Positions 9,591 to 21,377 of a DNA stretch of 40,006 nucleotides are shown here, piece after piece. The notes under the pieces were generated by a model. It was not told where the DNA came from. It made no database searches and worked only from the letters and a program-made list of their open reading frames with translations. Both the position numbers and the translations under genes were made by a program. Each line of letters begins with the position of its first letter. The first letter of the stretch is position 1. Source of the stretch: Lachnospiraceae bacterium (GTDB lineage Bacteria; Bacillota; Clostridia; Lachnospirales; Lachnospiraceae); NCBI GenBank assembly GCA_036570305.1, contig DATCYL010000014.1:1-40006 (forward strand). The letters run 5' to 3'.

Positions 9591-9604
9591 ATGAAACGTT
9601 TTAT
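9591..9604. promoter_or_regulatory. LacI-type operator-like site 3 (ATGAAACGTTTTAT), in the predicted 5' leader
   Basis: It has the same AAACGTTT core and lies ~80 bp downstream of the -10 hexamer and ~115 bp upstream of the SBP start. Confidence 0.45.
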
Positions 9605-9718
9605 AAAAGATTTTGTTCATGAAGACATCTAATAAAGAGTGAATGGTAATCGAAATGGTTTTACAGTAAGAACTTTACAAGGAAGATCCTTGTGAATATA
9701 AAAAAGGAGGATATGTTA

Positions 9719-11068
9719 ATGAAGAAAAGATTTTTGGCAATGGCAATGTGTGCAGTTATGGCAACGACTATGTTGGCCGGATGCGGCGGAGGAAAAGAGA
9801 AAAAGGCGGCAGATGACCAATCAGGAAAAAAAGAAATGAAAGTGGACGGAGATTACACAGAACTTGAGGTTTGGACATTTATAGAGATGCATCAGGATTT
9901 TTACACCAACATGGCTGAAAAATGGAACGAACAAAATCCGGATAAGAAAGTAAAACTTGTACTTAGCAATATGCAGTATGATGATATGCATAATAAATTA
10001 TCTCTGGCTTTAGAGTCGGGAAAAGGTGCGCCGGATGTTGTGGATATAGAATTAGGGAAATTCCCGGCATTTATGAAAGGTAATATAGGATTAAAACCTT
10101 TAAACGAAGCTATTACCTCTTATAAAGATTCGGTAGTGGAATCCCGTTTAAATATTTATTCAAAAGAGGGTAATTACTATGGATATCCTACACACGTAGG
10201 AACTACGGTGGCTTTTTACAATGATGAATTGTTAAAAGGTGCGGGGATTGACTACACAAGTATTAAAACCTGGGATGATTTTAAAGCTGCGGGTGAGAAG
10301 TATTATGCGGCAACAGGAAAGGCTTTTGCCTGTGTAGAAACGACAGCACAGTGGATGGTCAACTTGATGTTGGCACAAAAGGGTGCTGATTATTTGGATG
10401 CAGATGGAAACTTTGCTTTGACAAGCGATAAGATGGTTGAGGTGCTTACTTATATCAAGGACTTGCAGGATACAGGTGCATTTCAGACAGTTGCCGGAGG
10501 ACAACCGGATAACGAAGAGGCTTATCCGGAATACAATAGTGGAAACGTGGCTGTTCAGATTATGCCTTTCTGGCAAACATCCAGATTTTTACAGTATTTA
10601 ACAGATTTAGATGGGAAGGTAGCCATAGCGGCTCCTCCGGTATTCGGTGATAATGATGTTGTAAAAACCATCGGAGGTGGTGGAACAGGAACAGCAGTAG
10701 TGGCGTCTTCTGAAAATGCAGACCTTGCAGCGGAAGTATTTGCGTATATTAAATTATCTTCGCAAGCAAACGAGGAAGTATGGAACGTTTTGGGATTTGA
10801 TCCGGTAAATATCGATGTGTGGACAGATACAAAGTTAACACAAAATCCGGAAAATAAGTATGTGAAATTTTTTATAACCAAACCTTTTGATTCATTGCTG
10901 GATGTTCAGGACAGTATAGGTTCTCTTAAGTCTTATACCAGTGAAAAATATCCATCCATTAATAATGAATTCTGTACCGTAACATTAAATAATATTTATG
11001 AGGGTGGTATGGAAGTAAAAGAGGCTTTGGCACAGTCACAGGAAACCTTGGAAAATGAGTTTAAGTAA
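9719..11068 (+). CDS. ABC sugar transporter substrate-binding lipoprotein (family-1 extracellular solute-binding protein)
   Basis: AGGAGG (9705-9710) lies 8 nt upstream of ATG 9719. The lipoprotein signal is MKKRFLAMAMCAVMATTMLAGC/GG. The length and layout match MalE/AraN-like SBPs, and the two permease genes follow immediately. Confidence 0.9.
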   Translation: MKKRFLAMAMCAVMATTMLAGCGGGKEKKAADDQSGKKEMKVDGDYTELEVWTFIEMHQDFYTNMAEKWNEQNPDKKVKLVLSNMQYDDMHNKLSLALESGKGAPDVVDIELGKFPAFMKGNIGLKPLNEAITSYKDSVVESRLNIYSKEGNYYGYPTHVGTTVAFYNDELLKGAGIDYTSIKTWDDFKAAGEKYYAATGKAFACVETTAQWMVNLMLAQKGADYLDADGNFALTSDKMVEVLTYIKDLQDTGAFQTVAGGQPDNEEAYPEYNSGNVAVQIMPFWQTSRFLQYLTDLDGKVAIAAPPVFGDNDVVKTIGGGGTGTAVVASSENADLAAEVFAYIKLSSQANEEVWNVLGFDPVNIDVWTDTKLTQNPENKYVKFFITKPFDSLLDVQDSIGSLKSYTSEKYPSINNEFCTVTLNNIYEGGMEVKEALAQSQETLENEFK

Positions 11069-11076
11069 AAGAGTAG

Positions 11077-11098
11077 GGGCTGTCCTAAAAGACAGCCC
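11077..11098 (+). other. Intra-operon stem-loop after the SBP gene
   Basis: GGGCTGTC-ctaaaa-GACAGCCC with no clean T-run. It is a typical mRNA-stabilising or partial-attenuation hairpin between SBP and permease genes. Confidence 0.5.
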
Positions 11099-11124
11099 GT
11101 TCCCTTTATAGAAAAGAGGTTGGC

Positions 11125-12009
11125 ATGAAAAAACTTTTTTATTCTCAAAAAATAGCCCCCTATGTGTTTATACTTCCTTTCGTGCTGACAGTAGTACTGT
11201 TTTGGATGTGTCCCATTGGAAATGGGGTTTTGTTAAGTTTTAAGGATGTATTAAAAAATGAGTGGATAGGACTAGATAATTATAAAAGGCTTTTGACAGA
11301 TAAAATTTTCTTAAAAGCTGTTTACAATAGTAGTAAATATATGGTGGGAACCTTAGTATTACTTATTCCCTTTCCCATGCTGTTTGCGGTGTTATTAAAT
11401 AGTAAAAGAATGAAACATCCGGGATTTTTTAAATCTATTTATTTTCTTCCGGCACTTACTTCTGTAGTAGTGGCAGGAACTATATTCCGCTTGATGTTTG
11501 GGGAGATGGAATCATCTTTGGCAAATCAGATTTGGGGAATTTTTAAGGGAAGTCCTATCAAATGGTTAAAGGGAGAGTGGACAGGATATGTGGCTCTTTT
11601 ATTGTTGGCATCATGGCGGTGGACGGGGGTTAATATCTTATATTTTTTAGCCGGATTGCAGAGTATTTCTACAGATATTTATGAGGCGGCATCGATTGAC
11701 GGTGCAAGTAAGTGGAAACAATTTATTAAAATTACGGTTCCCTTAATCAAACCTACAACAGTTTATGTTTTAACAATTAGTATTTATGCGGGGCTTGCTA
11801 TGTTTACGGAGAGTTATATGTTATGGAAAGGAAATAATTCTCCGCAAAATATAGGTTTGACGATTGTAGGCTACCTTTATAGGCAGGGGATTGAAAAAAG
11901 GGCCATGGGTTATGCCTGTGCAGTAGGCCTTGTATTGCTTGTAATTGTCATGGTAATTAATTTGATTCAGCTTACAGTGACAGGAACCTTTAAAAAGGAG
12001 GAAAAATAG
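11125..12009 (+). CDS. ABC sugar transporter permease (MalF/AraP/UgpA-like, 294 aa)
   Basis: It has six predicted hydrophobic helices and the EAA-loop region IYEAASIDGASKWKQFIKITVPLIKP. Confidence 0.9.
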   Translation: MKKLFYSQKIAPYVFILPFVLTVVLFWMCPIGNGVLLSFKDVLKNEWIGLDNYKRLLTDKIFLKAVYNSSKYMVGTLVLLIPFPMLFAVLLNSKRMKHPGFFKSIYFLPALTSVVVAGTIFRLMFGEMESSLANQIWGIFKGSPIKWLKGEWTGYVALLLLASWRWTGVNILYFLAGLQSISTDIYEAASIDGASKWKQFIKITVPLIKPTTVYVLTISIYAGLAMFTESYMLWKGNNSPQNIGLTIVGYLYRQGIEKRAMGYACAVGLVLLVIVMVINLIQLTVTGTFKKEEK

Positions 12010-12010
12010 G

Positions 12011-12856
12011 ATGAAAAGAAAGGAGAAACACGGAAAAGTATATACAGTGGCTATGGTTATCCTGTTTTCGTTTTTAGCACTGCTTATAATGATTCCTATC
12101 TATACTATTTTTCTTGCCAGTTTTAAGCCGGGAGGAGATTTATTACAATTCGGTCTTAATTTAAATATTGACTGGGATAGGATGAGTTTTGATAATTATA
12201 TTCTTTTGTTTACAGGAGGACATGATTACTGGATATGGTTTGTAAACAGTCTTGTATTAACGGTGATAACTGTGGTGGCAACTTTGCTGGTTAGTGCTTT
12301 TGTGGGTTATGGTTTTGCTGCCTATGATTTTAAAGGAAAAAATGCTTTGTTTGTTGTGGTATTGGTGATTTTGTCGGTACCTTTTGAAGTAGTTATGTTA
12401 CCGCTTTATAAGCAAATTACAACATGGGGATTTATGGATTCTTATGTAGCAATCATTTTGCCTTTTGTTGCTCATGCATCGACTATCTTTTTCTTTCGTC
12501 AGTATTTGATGGGATTGCAAAAATCACTGTTAGAAGCCGGAAGAATCGATGGGGCAACAGAATATGGGATTTTCTTTCGATTAATTATGCCGATTATGAG
12601 ACCTGCTTTTGCAGCTATGGCAATTCTAAACGGAATGAATGCATGGAACAATTATTTATGGCCATTGCTGGTAATCCGGTCTTCAAACAAATATACCTTG
12701 ACTTTGGGATTAAATACTTTGATTAGTCCCTATGGGGATAATTATAGTTTGTTGGTGGTGGGAGCATTTTTCTCTATTATACCGATTTTTATACTGTTTT
12801 TATGCTTCCAACAACACTTTATTGAGGGTATGACCGCGGGGGCGGTAAAAGAATAA
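12011..12856 (+). CDS. ABC sugar transporter permease (MalG/AraQ/UgpE-like, 281 aa)
   Basis: The EAA-loop is LLEAGRIDGATEYGIFFRLIMPIMRPA. The start lies 2 nt after the upstream stop, with an AAGGAGG RBS. Confidence 0.9.
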   Translation: MKRKEKHGKVYTVAMVILFSFLALLIMIPIYTIFLASFKPGGDLLQFGLNLNIDWDRMSFDNYILLFTGGHDYWIWFVNSLVLTVITVVATLLVSAFVGYGFAAYDFKGKNALFVVVLVILSVPFEVVMLPLYKQITTWGFMDSYVAIILPFVAHASTIFFFRQYLMGLQKSLLEAGRIDGATEYGIFFRLIMPIMRPAFAAMAILNGMNAWNNYLWPLLVIRSSNKYTLTLGLNTLISPYGDNYSLLVVGAFFSIIPIFILFLCFQQHFIEGMTAGAVKE

Positions 12857-12864
12857 ATTTTTAG

Positions 12865-14391
<1,527 letters not shown>

Positions 14392-14503
14392 TTTTATTTG
14401 AAGGATAAGTTATTCTTGCGACTTTCTCGTGGGCGTATTATGATGGATAAAGAATTCTTTTTAGAAAAAAAGCCAGTAAAGCAGGTAAAATAGAGGAGGT
14501 CTT

Positions 14504-16102
14504 ATGAGCAGCATAAAGGAGAAGATTGAACAGGGAAAAACCTCATTGGGAATTGAGCTTGGCTCTACCAGAATTAAGGCAGTTTTGATAGATGAGGGAG
14601 CCAATGTTTTGGCATCAGGAAGCTTTGAGTGGGAAAATCGCTTAGAGAATGGGATTTGGACTTATAGTTTGGAGGATATCTGGAGGGGTCTGCAAAAAAG
14701 TTATGCAGATTTAGTGGCTAAGGTAAAGGAGAACTATGGAGTAGGAATTACCCGGCTTGGTGCTTTAGGTTTTAGTGCCATGATGCATGGTTACATGGCG
14801 TTTGACGAGGCGGGAGAGCTTTTGGTACCATTTCGTACATGGAGAAATGTCATTACGGGGCAGGCGGCAAAGGAGCTGACAAAAGTTTTTCAGTTTAATA
14901 TTCCGCAAAGATGGAGTGTTGCGCATTTATATCAGGCGATTTTAAATGGAGAAGAACATGTGAAAAATCTTGCTTTTTTCACAACACTTTCCGGATACAT
15001 CCATTGGAAGCTTACAGGGCAAAAAGTTTTGGGAATCGGAGATGCCTCGGGAATGTTTCCCATTGACTCGGATACAAATGACTATGATGCAAAAATGTTG
15101 GATATATTTGATGTGCAGGTAGCGGATAAGGGATACACATGGAAGATAAAAGAGCTTCTTCCTAAAGTATTATCGGCAGGAGATAGTGCAGGTTGCTTGA
15201 CTAAAGAGGGAGCAAAGCTTCTAGATCCTAGCGGACAACTAGAAGCGGGTGTTTTTATGTGTCCTCCGGAAGGGGATGCGGGAACCGGTATGGTGGCAAC
15301 GAACAGTGTTGCAAAACGTACAGGAAATGTTTCGGCAGGAACCAGTATTTTTGCTATGATTGTTTTGGAAAGGGCTCTTACAAAGGTGCATGAAGAAATT
15401 GACATGGTAACCACTCCGGATGGAAGTGGGGTAGCTATGGTTCATGCCAATAACGGAACTTCGGATTTGAGTGCCTGGGTAGGACTCTTTAAAGAGTTTA
15501 GCGAATCTGTGGGTATGCAAGTGGATGTAAATCATTTGTATGAAGTATTATACAAAAAAGCGCTGGAGGCAGATGCAGATGCGGGAGGACTTCTTTCTTA
15601 CGGATACTTGTCAGGAGAGCACATTACAGGTATATCAGAGGGACGCCCTATGTTTGTAAGGAGTCCTAAGAGCAATTTTAATCTTGCTAATTTTATGAGA
15701 AGTCATCTTTTTACCGCTTTGGGAGCCATCAAAGTAGGTATGGATATTCTTATAAAAGAAGAAAATGTTCAAATCGATTCGGTTTTGGGACATGGAGGAC
15801 TTTTTAAAACAAAAGGAGTCGGACAAAAGCTTTTGGCAGGGGCATTAAACACTCCTGTTTCTGTAATGGAGACGGCAGGAGAGGGTGGCCCTTGGGGAAT
15901 GGCTATTTTAGCTTCTTATATGGTAAATAAAAAAGAAGGAGAAAGTCTCTCTGACTATTTAAATTCTACAGTATTTGCCGAAGCACAAGGAGAGAGTTTG
16001 GAAGCGGATGCAAAGGATGTAGAGGGGTTTGAAGCCTTTATGCAACGATATAAAAAAGGACTTGCTATTGAGCAGGCAGCTATTGAGAATCTTTTAGTTT
16101 AA
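14504..16102 (+). CDS. FGGY-family carbohydrate kinase (532 aa), possibly a pentulose (L-ribulose/xylulose) kinase
   Basis: The N-terminal ASKHA phosphate-1 motif is [16 protein letters not shown]. There are two actin-like ATPase halves, with [11 protein letters not shown] and HGGLFKT motifs. Specificity is inferred only from context with GH51. Confidence 0.7.
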   Translation: MSSIKEKIEQGKTSLGIELGSTRIKAVLIDEGANVLASGSFEWENRLENGIWTYSLEDIWRGLQKSYADLVAKVKENYGVGITRLGALGFSAMMHGYMAFDEAGELLVPFRTWRNVITGQAAKELTKVFQFNIPQRWSVAHLYQAILNGEEHVKNLAFFTTLSGYIHWKLTGQKVLGIGDASGMFPIDSDTNDYDAKMLDIFDVQVADKGYTWKIKELLPKVLSAGDSAGCLTKEGAKLLDPSGQLEAGVFMCPPEGDAGTGMVATNSVAKRTGNVSAGTSIFAMIVLERALTKVHEEIDMVTTPDGSGVAMVHANNGTSDLSAWVGLFKEFSESVGMQVDVNHLYEVLYKKALEADADAGGLLSYGYLSGEHITGISEGRPMFVRSPKSNFNLANFMRSHLFTALGAIKVGMDILIKEENVQIDSVLGHGGLFKTKGVGQKLLAGALNTPVSVMETAGEGGPWGMAILASYMVNKKEGESLSDYLNSTVFAEAQGESLEADAKDVEGFEAFMQRYKKGLAIEQAAIENLLV

Positions 16103-16110
16103 GCTTATAT

Positions 16111-16158
16111 AATATTGTCTTGCAGGATATCTACTTTCTTGCAAGACAATATTTTTTC
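16111..16158 (+). terminator. Rho-independent terminator of the arabino-oligosaccharide operon
   Basis: AATATTGTCTTGCA pairs with TGCAAGACAATATT, followed by TTTTT. Confidence 0.8.
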
Positions 16159-16189
16159 ATGTAAATATATTTTATAGTAAGGAGAAAAT

Positions 16190-16471
16190 ATGAAAAAATA
16201 TTTTTTAGACCCTAATACACTTTTGGGGAGAGTAGTTACTCAAAATGAGGATTACCAGGTGGTTCACCTATCTTTGTTGGCGGGAAACGAGGTACCGAAG
16301 TATCAAAATGAGGCAAAAATAATAATATTTGTAATTAGCGGAAAAATTTGTTTGTCAGCCGGAGAAAAGCTGGAATTAAATGCTTTGGAGTTGGTGGAAA
16401 TAGAATCTAAAAGAGAGCATGCCATGGTGGCGGTAAAGGACAGTCAGTTGCTGATTATAAAAGTAAAATAA
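16190..16471 (+). CDS. Small cupin-domain protein (93 aa)
   Basis: An AAGGAG RBS is present. The size and beta-rich pattern (VVHLSLLAGNEVPKYQNEAKIIIFVISGKICL...REHAMVAV) suggest a single cupin barrel. Function is unknown. Confidence 0.55.
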   Translation: MKKYFLDPNTLLGRVVTQNEDYQVVHLSLLAGNEVPKYQNEAKIIIFVISGKICLSAGEKLELNALELVEIESKREHAMVAVKDSQLLIIKVK

Positions 16472-16571
16472 ATAGGCAGGGAGTGTTTACAAGCAAAAAT
16501 AAAAGGCATATACTATAACTATGAGTTAGATAACGCTAACCAAGTGAAGCAAAGAGGAAAGGAGTTTTAAA

Positions 16572-18302
16572 ATGATTTATAGGAAACTAAAAAAGTATGT
16601 GCCGGAAATGTTACATTATGTCTGGATTGCAATTTTTTTGGCTTTAGTAGCAGCATTTTGTATTATTGTTAGCTACTACTATATGTACGATTTTTTAAAA
16701 GCAATTATTATTCGAAAAGATATGGAGTGGGCATTGAAGTTGTCTTTAAAAATCATAGTCTTTTTAATTGCAAACACTGTCTTTTATTTTATGTCTACCT
16801 GGTTTACTCATAAATTGGCGTTTCGTTTAGAAACCAATTTAAAGAAGGAGGGAATACATCATTTAATGAAAGCTTCTTTTGCTTTTTATGATGGTAATGA
16901 GTCCGGGAGGATTAGAAAAATTATAGATGATAATACCGGCTTAACCCATTCCAGTGTGGCACATTTGATTCCCGATTTGTCGACGGCTGTATTTGTACCC
17001 CTATTGGGAATATTTTTAAGCTTTGCTATTGACTATCGTCTGGGTATTTTGTTTTTATTTAGCTTGATTTTGGGAGTGGTTCTTATTCAAAAGATGATGG
17101 GAAATCAAAATTTTATGAAAAGCTATATGGAGGCACAGGAAAGGATGAACGCCACCGCGGTAGAATATGTACGCGGTATGCAGGTGCTAAAGGTATTTAG
17201 GACGAATGTAAAAGCAATTAAAGAATTTTATAAGTCGGTCGTAGATTATTCCAAATTGGCTTTGCAATATAGTATGAGCTGTCGAAAATGGTATGTTATT
17301 TTTCAAGTTTTTTTTAATATGGTTTTTTTGTTGTTTCTCTTTTTTTTCTATATGGAAAATACAAGCCCAAAAGTTTTCCTTGTTAAGTTTATGTTTTATG
17401 TAGTTTTTAACGGAATTCTTTTTGCGGCATTTATGAAAATTATGTATGTGGGAATGTATGTTTTTCAGGCATCCAGTGCTATTGAAAAAATAGAAAATTT
17501 GTTTGAGAAGATGAAAGAAAAAGAGATGCCAAAGGGAGATATAGAAGAAATCAAAGACTATACAATCACTTTTGATCAGGTAAGCTTTGGTTATACGGAC
17601 AGAATGATTATAGAAGATTTGTCTTTAGAGCTGAAAGCGGAAAGAACTTATGCGCTCGTGGGAGCTTCCGGTTCAGGAAAGTCTACACTTGCAAAGTTAT
17701 TGTCCGGTTTTTATCCGCTCGCTAAAGGAGAGATCCGACTGGGAGATATCCCTTTGTCTGCATATAGCAGTTGTGCATTGGCAAAAAATATAGCGAATGT
17801 TTTTCAGGATGCAAAACTTTTTAAAAGAAGTATTTATGATAATGTAAAAATCGGTAATCCAAAGGCAAGTAAAGAGGAAGTTTTAAGAGCCCTGCACTTG
17901 GCACAGTGTGATGAAATTTTAGAGAAATTTCCGGATAGGGAAAATACAAAAATCGGGGCAAAAGGGGTACATTTATCCGGGGGAGAAATGCAAAGAATTA
18001 CGATTGCAAGGGCTATTTTAAAAGATGCGGGCTTGATTATCATGGATGAAGCCTCTGCCGGTGCCGATCCGGAAAACGAATATGAGCTACAGAGAGCACT
18101 GTCCAATTTAATGAAAGGGAAGACAGTGATTATGATTGCCCATAGACTTTCATCCATCAAAGATGTGGATGAAATATTAGTGGTGGATAAGGGAGCGGTA
18201 ATAGAAAGGGGAAGTCATGTGCAATTAATGGAAAAAGATTCCAAATATAAAAGACTCCAGGAAGAGTATATGCGTGCAAATGAATGGAGGGTGAAGTTAT
18301 GA
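16572..18302 (+). CDS. ABC exporter, fused transmembrane + ATPase half-transporter (576 aa)
   Basis: A six-helix ABC_membrane region is followed by Walker A GASGSGKST, signature LSGGEMQR and Walker B IIMDEAS. Confidence 0.9.
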   Translation: MIYRKLKKYVPEMLHYVWIAIFLALVAAFCIIVSYYYMYDFLKAIIIRKDMEWALKLSLKIIVFLIANTVFYFMSTWFTHKLAFRLETNLKKEGIHHLMKASFAFYDGNESGRIRKIIDDNTGLTHSSVAHLIPDLSTAVFVPLLGIFLSFAIDYRLGILFLFSLILGVVLIQKMMGNQNFMKSYMEAQERMNATAVEYVRGMQVLKVFRTNVKAIKEFYKSVVDYSKLALQYSMSCRKWYVIFQVFFNMVFLLFLFFFYMENTSPKVFLVKFMFYVVFNGILFAAFMKIMYVGMYVFQASSAIEKIENLFEKMKEKEMPKGDIEEIKDYTITFDQVSFGYTDRMIIEDLSLELKAERTYALVGASGSGKSTLAKLLSGFYPLAKGEIRLGDIPLSAYSSCALAKNIANVFQDAKLFKRSIYDNVKIGNPKASKEEVLRALHLAQCDEILEKFPDRENTKIGAKGVHLSGGEMQRITIARAILKDAGLIIMDEASAGADPENEYELQRALSNLMKGKTVIMIAHRLSSIKDVDEILVVDKGAVIERGSHVQLMEKDSKYKRLQEEYMRANEWRVKL

Positions 18303-20020
18303 AAAAGTTTTTAAAGAAGAAGTTTGCCTTGACGGATAGTGGAGCAAAGGCTGTTTGTATAGCGGCTGCTATTTCTTTTTGCTTAAATTTGGGTTATATG
18401 GCATTTATGATGGTTGCTATGTATTTTGGAGATAATGTATTAAGAGGAAATCGTCAATCAGGAGGACATTATCTTTTTATTATTGCTATAGTAACGGCGC
18501 TGGTCTATTTTTTGGTGGATTTAGAATACGTAAAAACTTTCAATGCGACTTATGAAGAGGCTATGAATCTTAGATTGGATATAGCAAAAAGGCTAAAAAA
18601 GTTACCTATTTCGTATTTCTCAAAACATAATTTAAGTGATTTGGCACAGACAATTATGCAGGATGTTTCGGATATTGAACATGCTATGAGTCATGCTATA
18701 CCAAGGTGTTTTGGCTATGTTTTCTTTTTGCTTGCGATAAGTGTTCTTTTGCTGATTTCCAATCCTTATTTGGGTCTGTCAGTCATATTACCCTTGCTTT
18801 TGGGATTGTGTATGATGCTTGTGTCCAAAAACATACAAAAGAAAGGGAGCGAAAAGTACTTTTGGAGAAATAGAAAACATGCGGAAGCATTTCAAGAAAC
18901 GATTGAAATGCAAAGAGAAATCAAAAGTTATGGCATGGAAGAAGAGACTTTAAAAGAGATTGAATCTGCTCTGGAAGAATCAGAAAAAATTCGATTAAAA
19001 AGTGAAATGGGACAGGTTCTTCCTATCTTAACATCCCTATCTTTTATGAAATTAACATTGGGAAGCGTTACAGTGGTAGCGGCAAGCCTTTTAAAAGCGG
19101 ATGCAATAGACTTGATTTATGTAATCGGTTTTTTGTTGGCATCTGTGCGCCTGGTAGATGCAGTGGCAGCTATAGAGGAAAATTTTGCAGAGATGTTCTA
19201 TATAGATGCAAGGGTAAAACGTATTAATGAGCTTAGAAAAACTAAGATACAAAGGGGGAAAGATATAGATATTAGAGAGTTTACAATTGATTTTCAAGAG
19301 GTGGGATTTTCTTATAACGATGAGGTAAAGGTATTGGATAAGGTGAACTTTACTGCCAAACAAAATGAGGTAACAGCAATTGTAGGACCGTCAGGATGTG
19401 GAAAATCCACGATTTTGCGTTTGATTTCGAGATTGTATGACTATAATCAGGGGAAAATCCTCATAGGGGGAATTGATATACAAAAACTGGATACGGATGC
19501 CCTGTTTGAGAAAGTGTCCTTTGTTTTTCAGGATGTGATTTTATTTAATACATCCATTTTGGAGAATATTCGCATGGGACGGGCAGATGCTACGGATGAG
19601 GAAGTAAAAAATGCCGCAAGAATGGCAAATTGTGAAGAATTTATATTAAAGCTTCCTGATGGCTATCATACATGGATTGGAGAAAATGGAAGTCAGCTTT
19701 CAGGTGGAGAGCGCCAGAGAATCTCGATAGCAAGAGCCTTTTTGAAAAATGCTCCAATTTTGCTTTTAGATGAAATCAGTGCCAGTCTGGATGCAGAAAA
19801 TGAAATGAAAATTCAGCAGGCATTAAATAAGCTGATGCAGGGAAAGACGATAGTGGTGGTTTCACATAGGATGAAATCAATAGAAAAGGTGGATAAAATC
19901 GTAGTTATGGAGAGTGGAAAAGTTGTGGCTGAAGGCAAACATGAGGATTTGCTTAAAAACTCCCCTCTCTATAGAAAACTTATAGAAAAATCAACGATGG
20001 CAGCAAGTTTTACCTATTAA
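18299..20020 (+). CDS. ABC exporter, fused transmembrane + ATPase half-transporter (573 aa), partner of the upstream gene
   Basis: An ATGA start/stop overlap with the upstream gene (ATG 18299, TGA 18300-18302) indicates translational coupling. Motifs are Walker A GPSGCGKST, signature LSGGERQR and Walker B LLLDEIS. Confidence 0.9.
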   Translation: MKKFLKKKFALTDSGAKAVCIAAAISFCLNLGYMAFMMVAMYFGDNVLRGNRQSGGHYLFIIAIVTALVYFLVDLEYVKTFNATYEEAMNLRLDIAKRLKKLPISYFSKHNLSDLAQTIMQDVSDIEHAMSHAIPRCFGYVFFLLAISVLLLISNPYLGLSVILPLLLGLCMMLVSKNIQKKGSEKYFWRNRKHAEAFQETIEMQREIKSYGMEEETLKEIESALEESEKIRLKSEMGQVLPILTSLSFMKLTLGSVTVVAASLLKADAIDLIYVIGFLLASVRLVDAVAAIEENFAEMFYIDARVKRINELRKTKIQRGKDIDIREFTIDFQEVGFSYNDEVKVLDKVNFTAKQNEVTAIVGPSGCGKSTILRLISRLYDYNQGKILIGGIDIQKLDTDALFEKVSFVFQDVILFNTSILENIRMGRADATDEEVKNAARMANCEEFILKLPDGYHTWIGENGSQLSGGERQRISIARAFLKNAPILLLDEISASLDAENEMKIQQALNKLMQGKTIVVVSHRMKSIEKVDKIVVMESGKVVAEGKHEDLLKNSPLYRKLIEKSTMAASFTY

Positions 20021-20086
20021 ATGCATTGACAAGCCTTTTGGATTTTTATAGCATAGAAAAAGATAAAAAGAAAAGAGGGCTGTAAG

Positions 20087-21034
20087 ATGAATCTATACTT
20101 AGCTCCCTTAGAGGGAGTGACCGGCTATGTTTTTCGTATGGGGATAGAAAAGTACTTTTGTGGAGGAATAGATAAATATTTTGCTCCTTTTATCGAGCCA
20201 CATACGAAAAAAGTGATGAGTAAAAAAGAATTGAGAGAACTTGATGCCGGTAATAATCAGGGTATCTATCTGGTGCCCCAAATCCTGACAAAATCAGGTG
20301 AGGATTTTCTTAGGCTGGAAGAGTATTTATCCGAGTTAGGATTTAAAGAAGTGAATTTAAATCTGGGTTGTCCGTCCCAAACGGTAGTTTCCAAAGGAAA
20401 AGGAGCGGGATTTTTGAAGAATCCTCAAGCCCTGGATGATTTTTTGGAGGAGATTTTTAAGTATAAAAAAGGAAAAATTTCTATAAAAACCAGGTTGGGT
20501 ATGGAAAATACAAAAGAGTTTGCAGAATTATTGGAGATTTATAATAAATATCCAATGGAGGAATTAATCATTCACCCCAGATTGAGGATAGATTACTATA
20601 AGAATAGCCCGGATATAGAGAGCTTTTTTTACGCGATAGAAAAGACCACAAATCCCCTGTGCTATAATGGCGATATTAAAAGTCCAAAAGATTATGAGGA
20701 ACTTTTGCAAGGCATAAAGAGTACTCCCAAGGGAAAAGAAAAGGTGAAGGCTCTTATGTTGGGAAGAGGCATGGTGGCAGATCCTTCCCTGGTTAGACAG
20801 ATTAAAGGAGGAGAAACTATGTCCGAGGGAGAATTGGTTTCCTTTTTACAGTGGGAAGAGGCGGAAATGAAAACCTATATGTCAGGAGATAAGCCGGTTT
20901 TGTTTCATTTAAAAGAACTGTGGACTTATCTGCAAAAAACGGTAAAATTAGATGAGAAAGTTTATAAGAAGCTTTTAAAATCAAAGACGCTTAGGGAATA
21001 TCACGAGATTTTGGATGGATTTATCTTAAGATAA
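20087..21034 (+). CDS. tRNA-dihydrouridine synthase family protein (Dus-like FMN enzyme, 315 aa)
   Basis: Motifs LAPLEGVTGYVFR, VNLNLGCPSQTVVSKGKGAGFL and ISIKTRLG are typical of the Dus TIM barrel. Confidence 0.8.
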   Translation: MNLYLAPLEGVTGYVFRMGIEKYFCGGIDKYFAPFIEPHTKKVMSKKELRELDAGNNQGIYLVPQILTKSGEDFLRLEEYLSELGFKEVNLNLGCPSQTVVSKGKGAGFLKNPQALDDFLEEIFKYKKGKISIKTRLGMENTKEFAELLEIYNKYPMEELIIHPRLRIDYYKNSPDIESFFYAIEKTTNPLCYNGDIKSPKDYEELLQGIKSTPKGKEKVKALMLGRGMVADPSLVRQIKGGETMSEGELVSFLQWEEAEMKTYMSGDKPVLFHLKELWTYLQKTVKLDEKVYKKLLKSKTLREYHEILDGFILR

Positions 21035-21096
21035 GAGGTGACTGAAAGCTCCATTTAAAAAGATAGGCTTTGAAACTAAATAGGATACAAAAAGAC

Positions 21097-21140
21097 GAAA
21101 AGGAATTTTATCTGCACAAGTAGAGAAAGTTCCTTTTTTC
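21097..21140 (+). terminator. Possible terminator after the Dus-like gene
   Basis: GAAAAGGAA pairs with TTCCTTTTTTC across a long (~24 nt) loop, so the structure is weak. Confidence 0.35.
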
Positions 21141-21377
21141 TATGATAATAGCTTTTTAAAGCTCTCTTTTTTGGGCAAAAAGAATAAAATCACGAAATAT
21201 CAGGCTTTGATTTTGGAAATAGCGTAGATATAAAATATGATATTATAAAAATAAGCTCCGGATTTTATAAAAATCCATATGTGTATTTGGGGCTTGGATA
21301 AAAGGAATAAGGAAAGGAGGATAGTTTTAGAAAATACACGGCACATATAATATGAAGATATAGAGAGGAGAGAAACC

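Noticed and set aside
9327-9604. Interpreting the three AAACGTTT sites as CcpA cre elements
   Set aside because: The cre consensus TGWAANCGNTNWCA requires TG/CA at the outer positions with 6 nt on either side of the central CG. Only site 3 has a TG, and it is offset by one base. The adjacent LacI-family regulator is the more economical binder, although CcpA cross-binding cannot be excluded without an experiment.
9122-9691. Whether the long AT-rich gap hides a small gene, an RNA gene or a mobile-element scar
   Set aside because: I found no ORF with an RBS, no tRNA-like cloverleaf, no terminal inverted repeats or direct target duplications, and no riboswitch-like conserved GC-rich helices. The gap is best explained as promoter and operator DNA.
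12424-12726. A 100-aa +strand ORF in an alternative frame within the second permease gene
   Set aside because: It lies entirely inside a well-supported permease CDS with an EAA loop. It has no RBS and an atypical composition.
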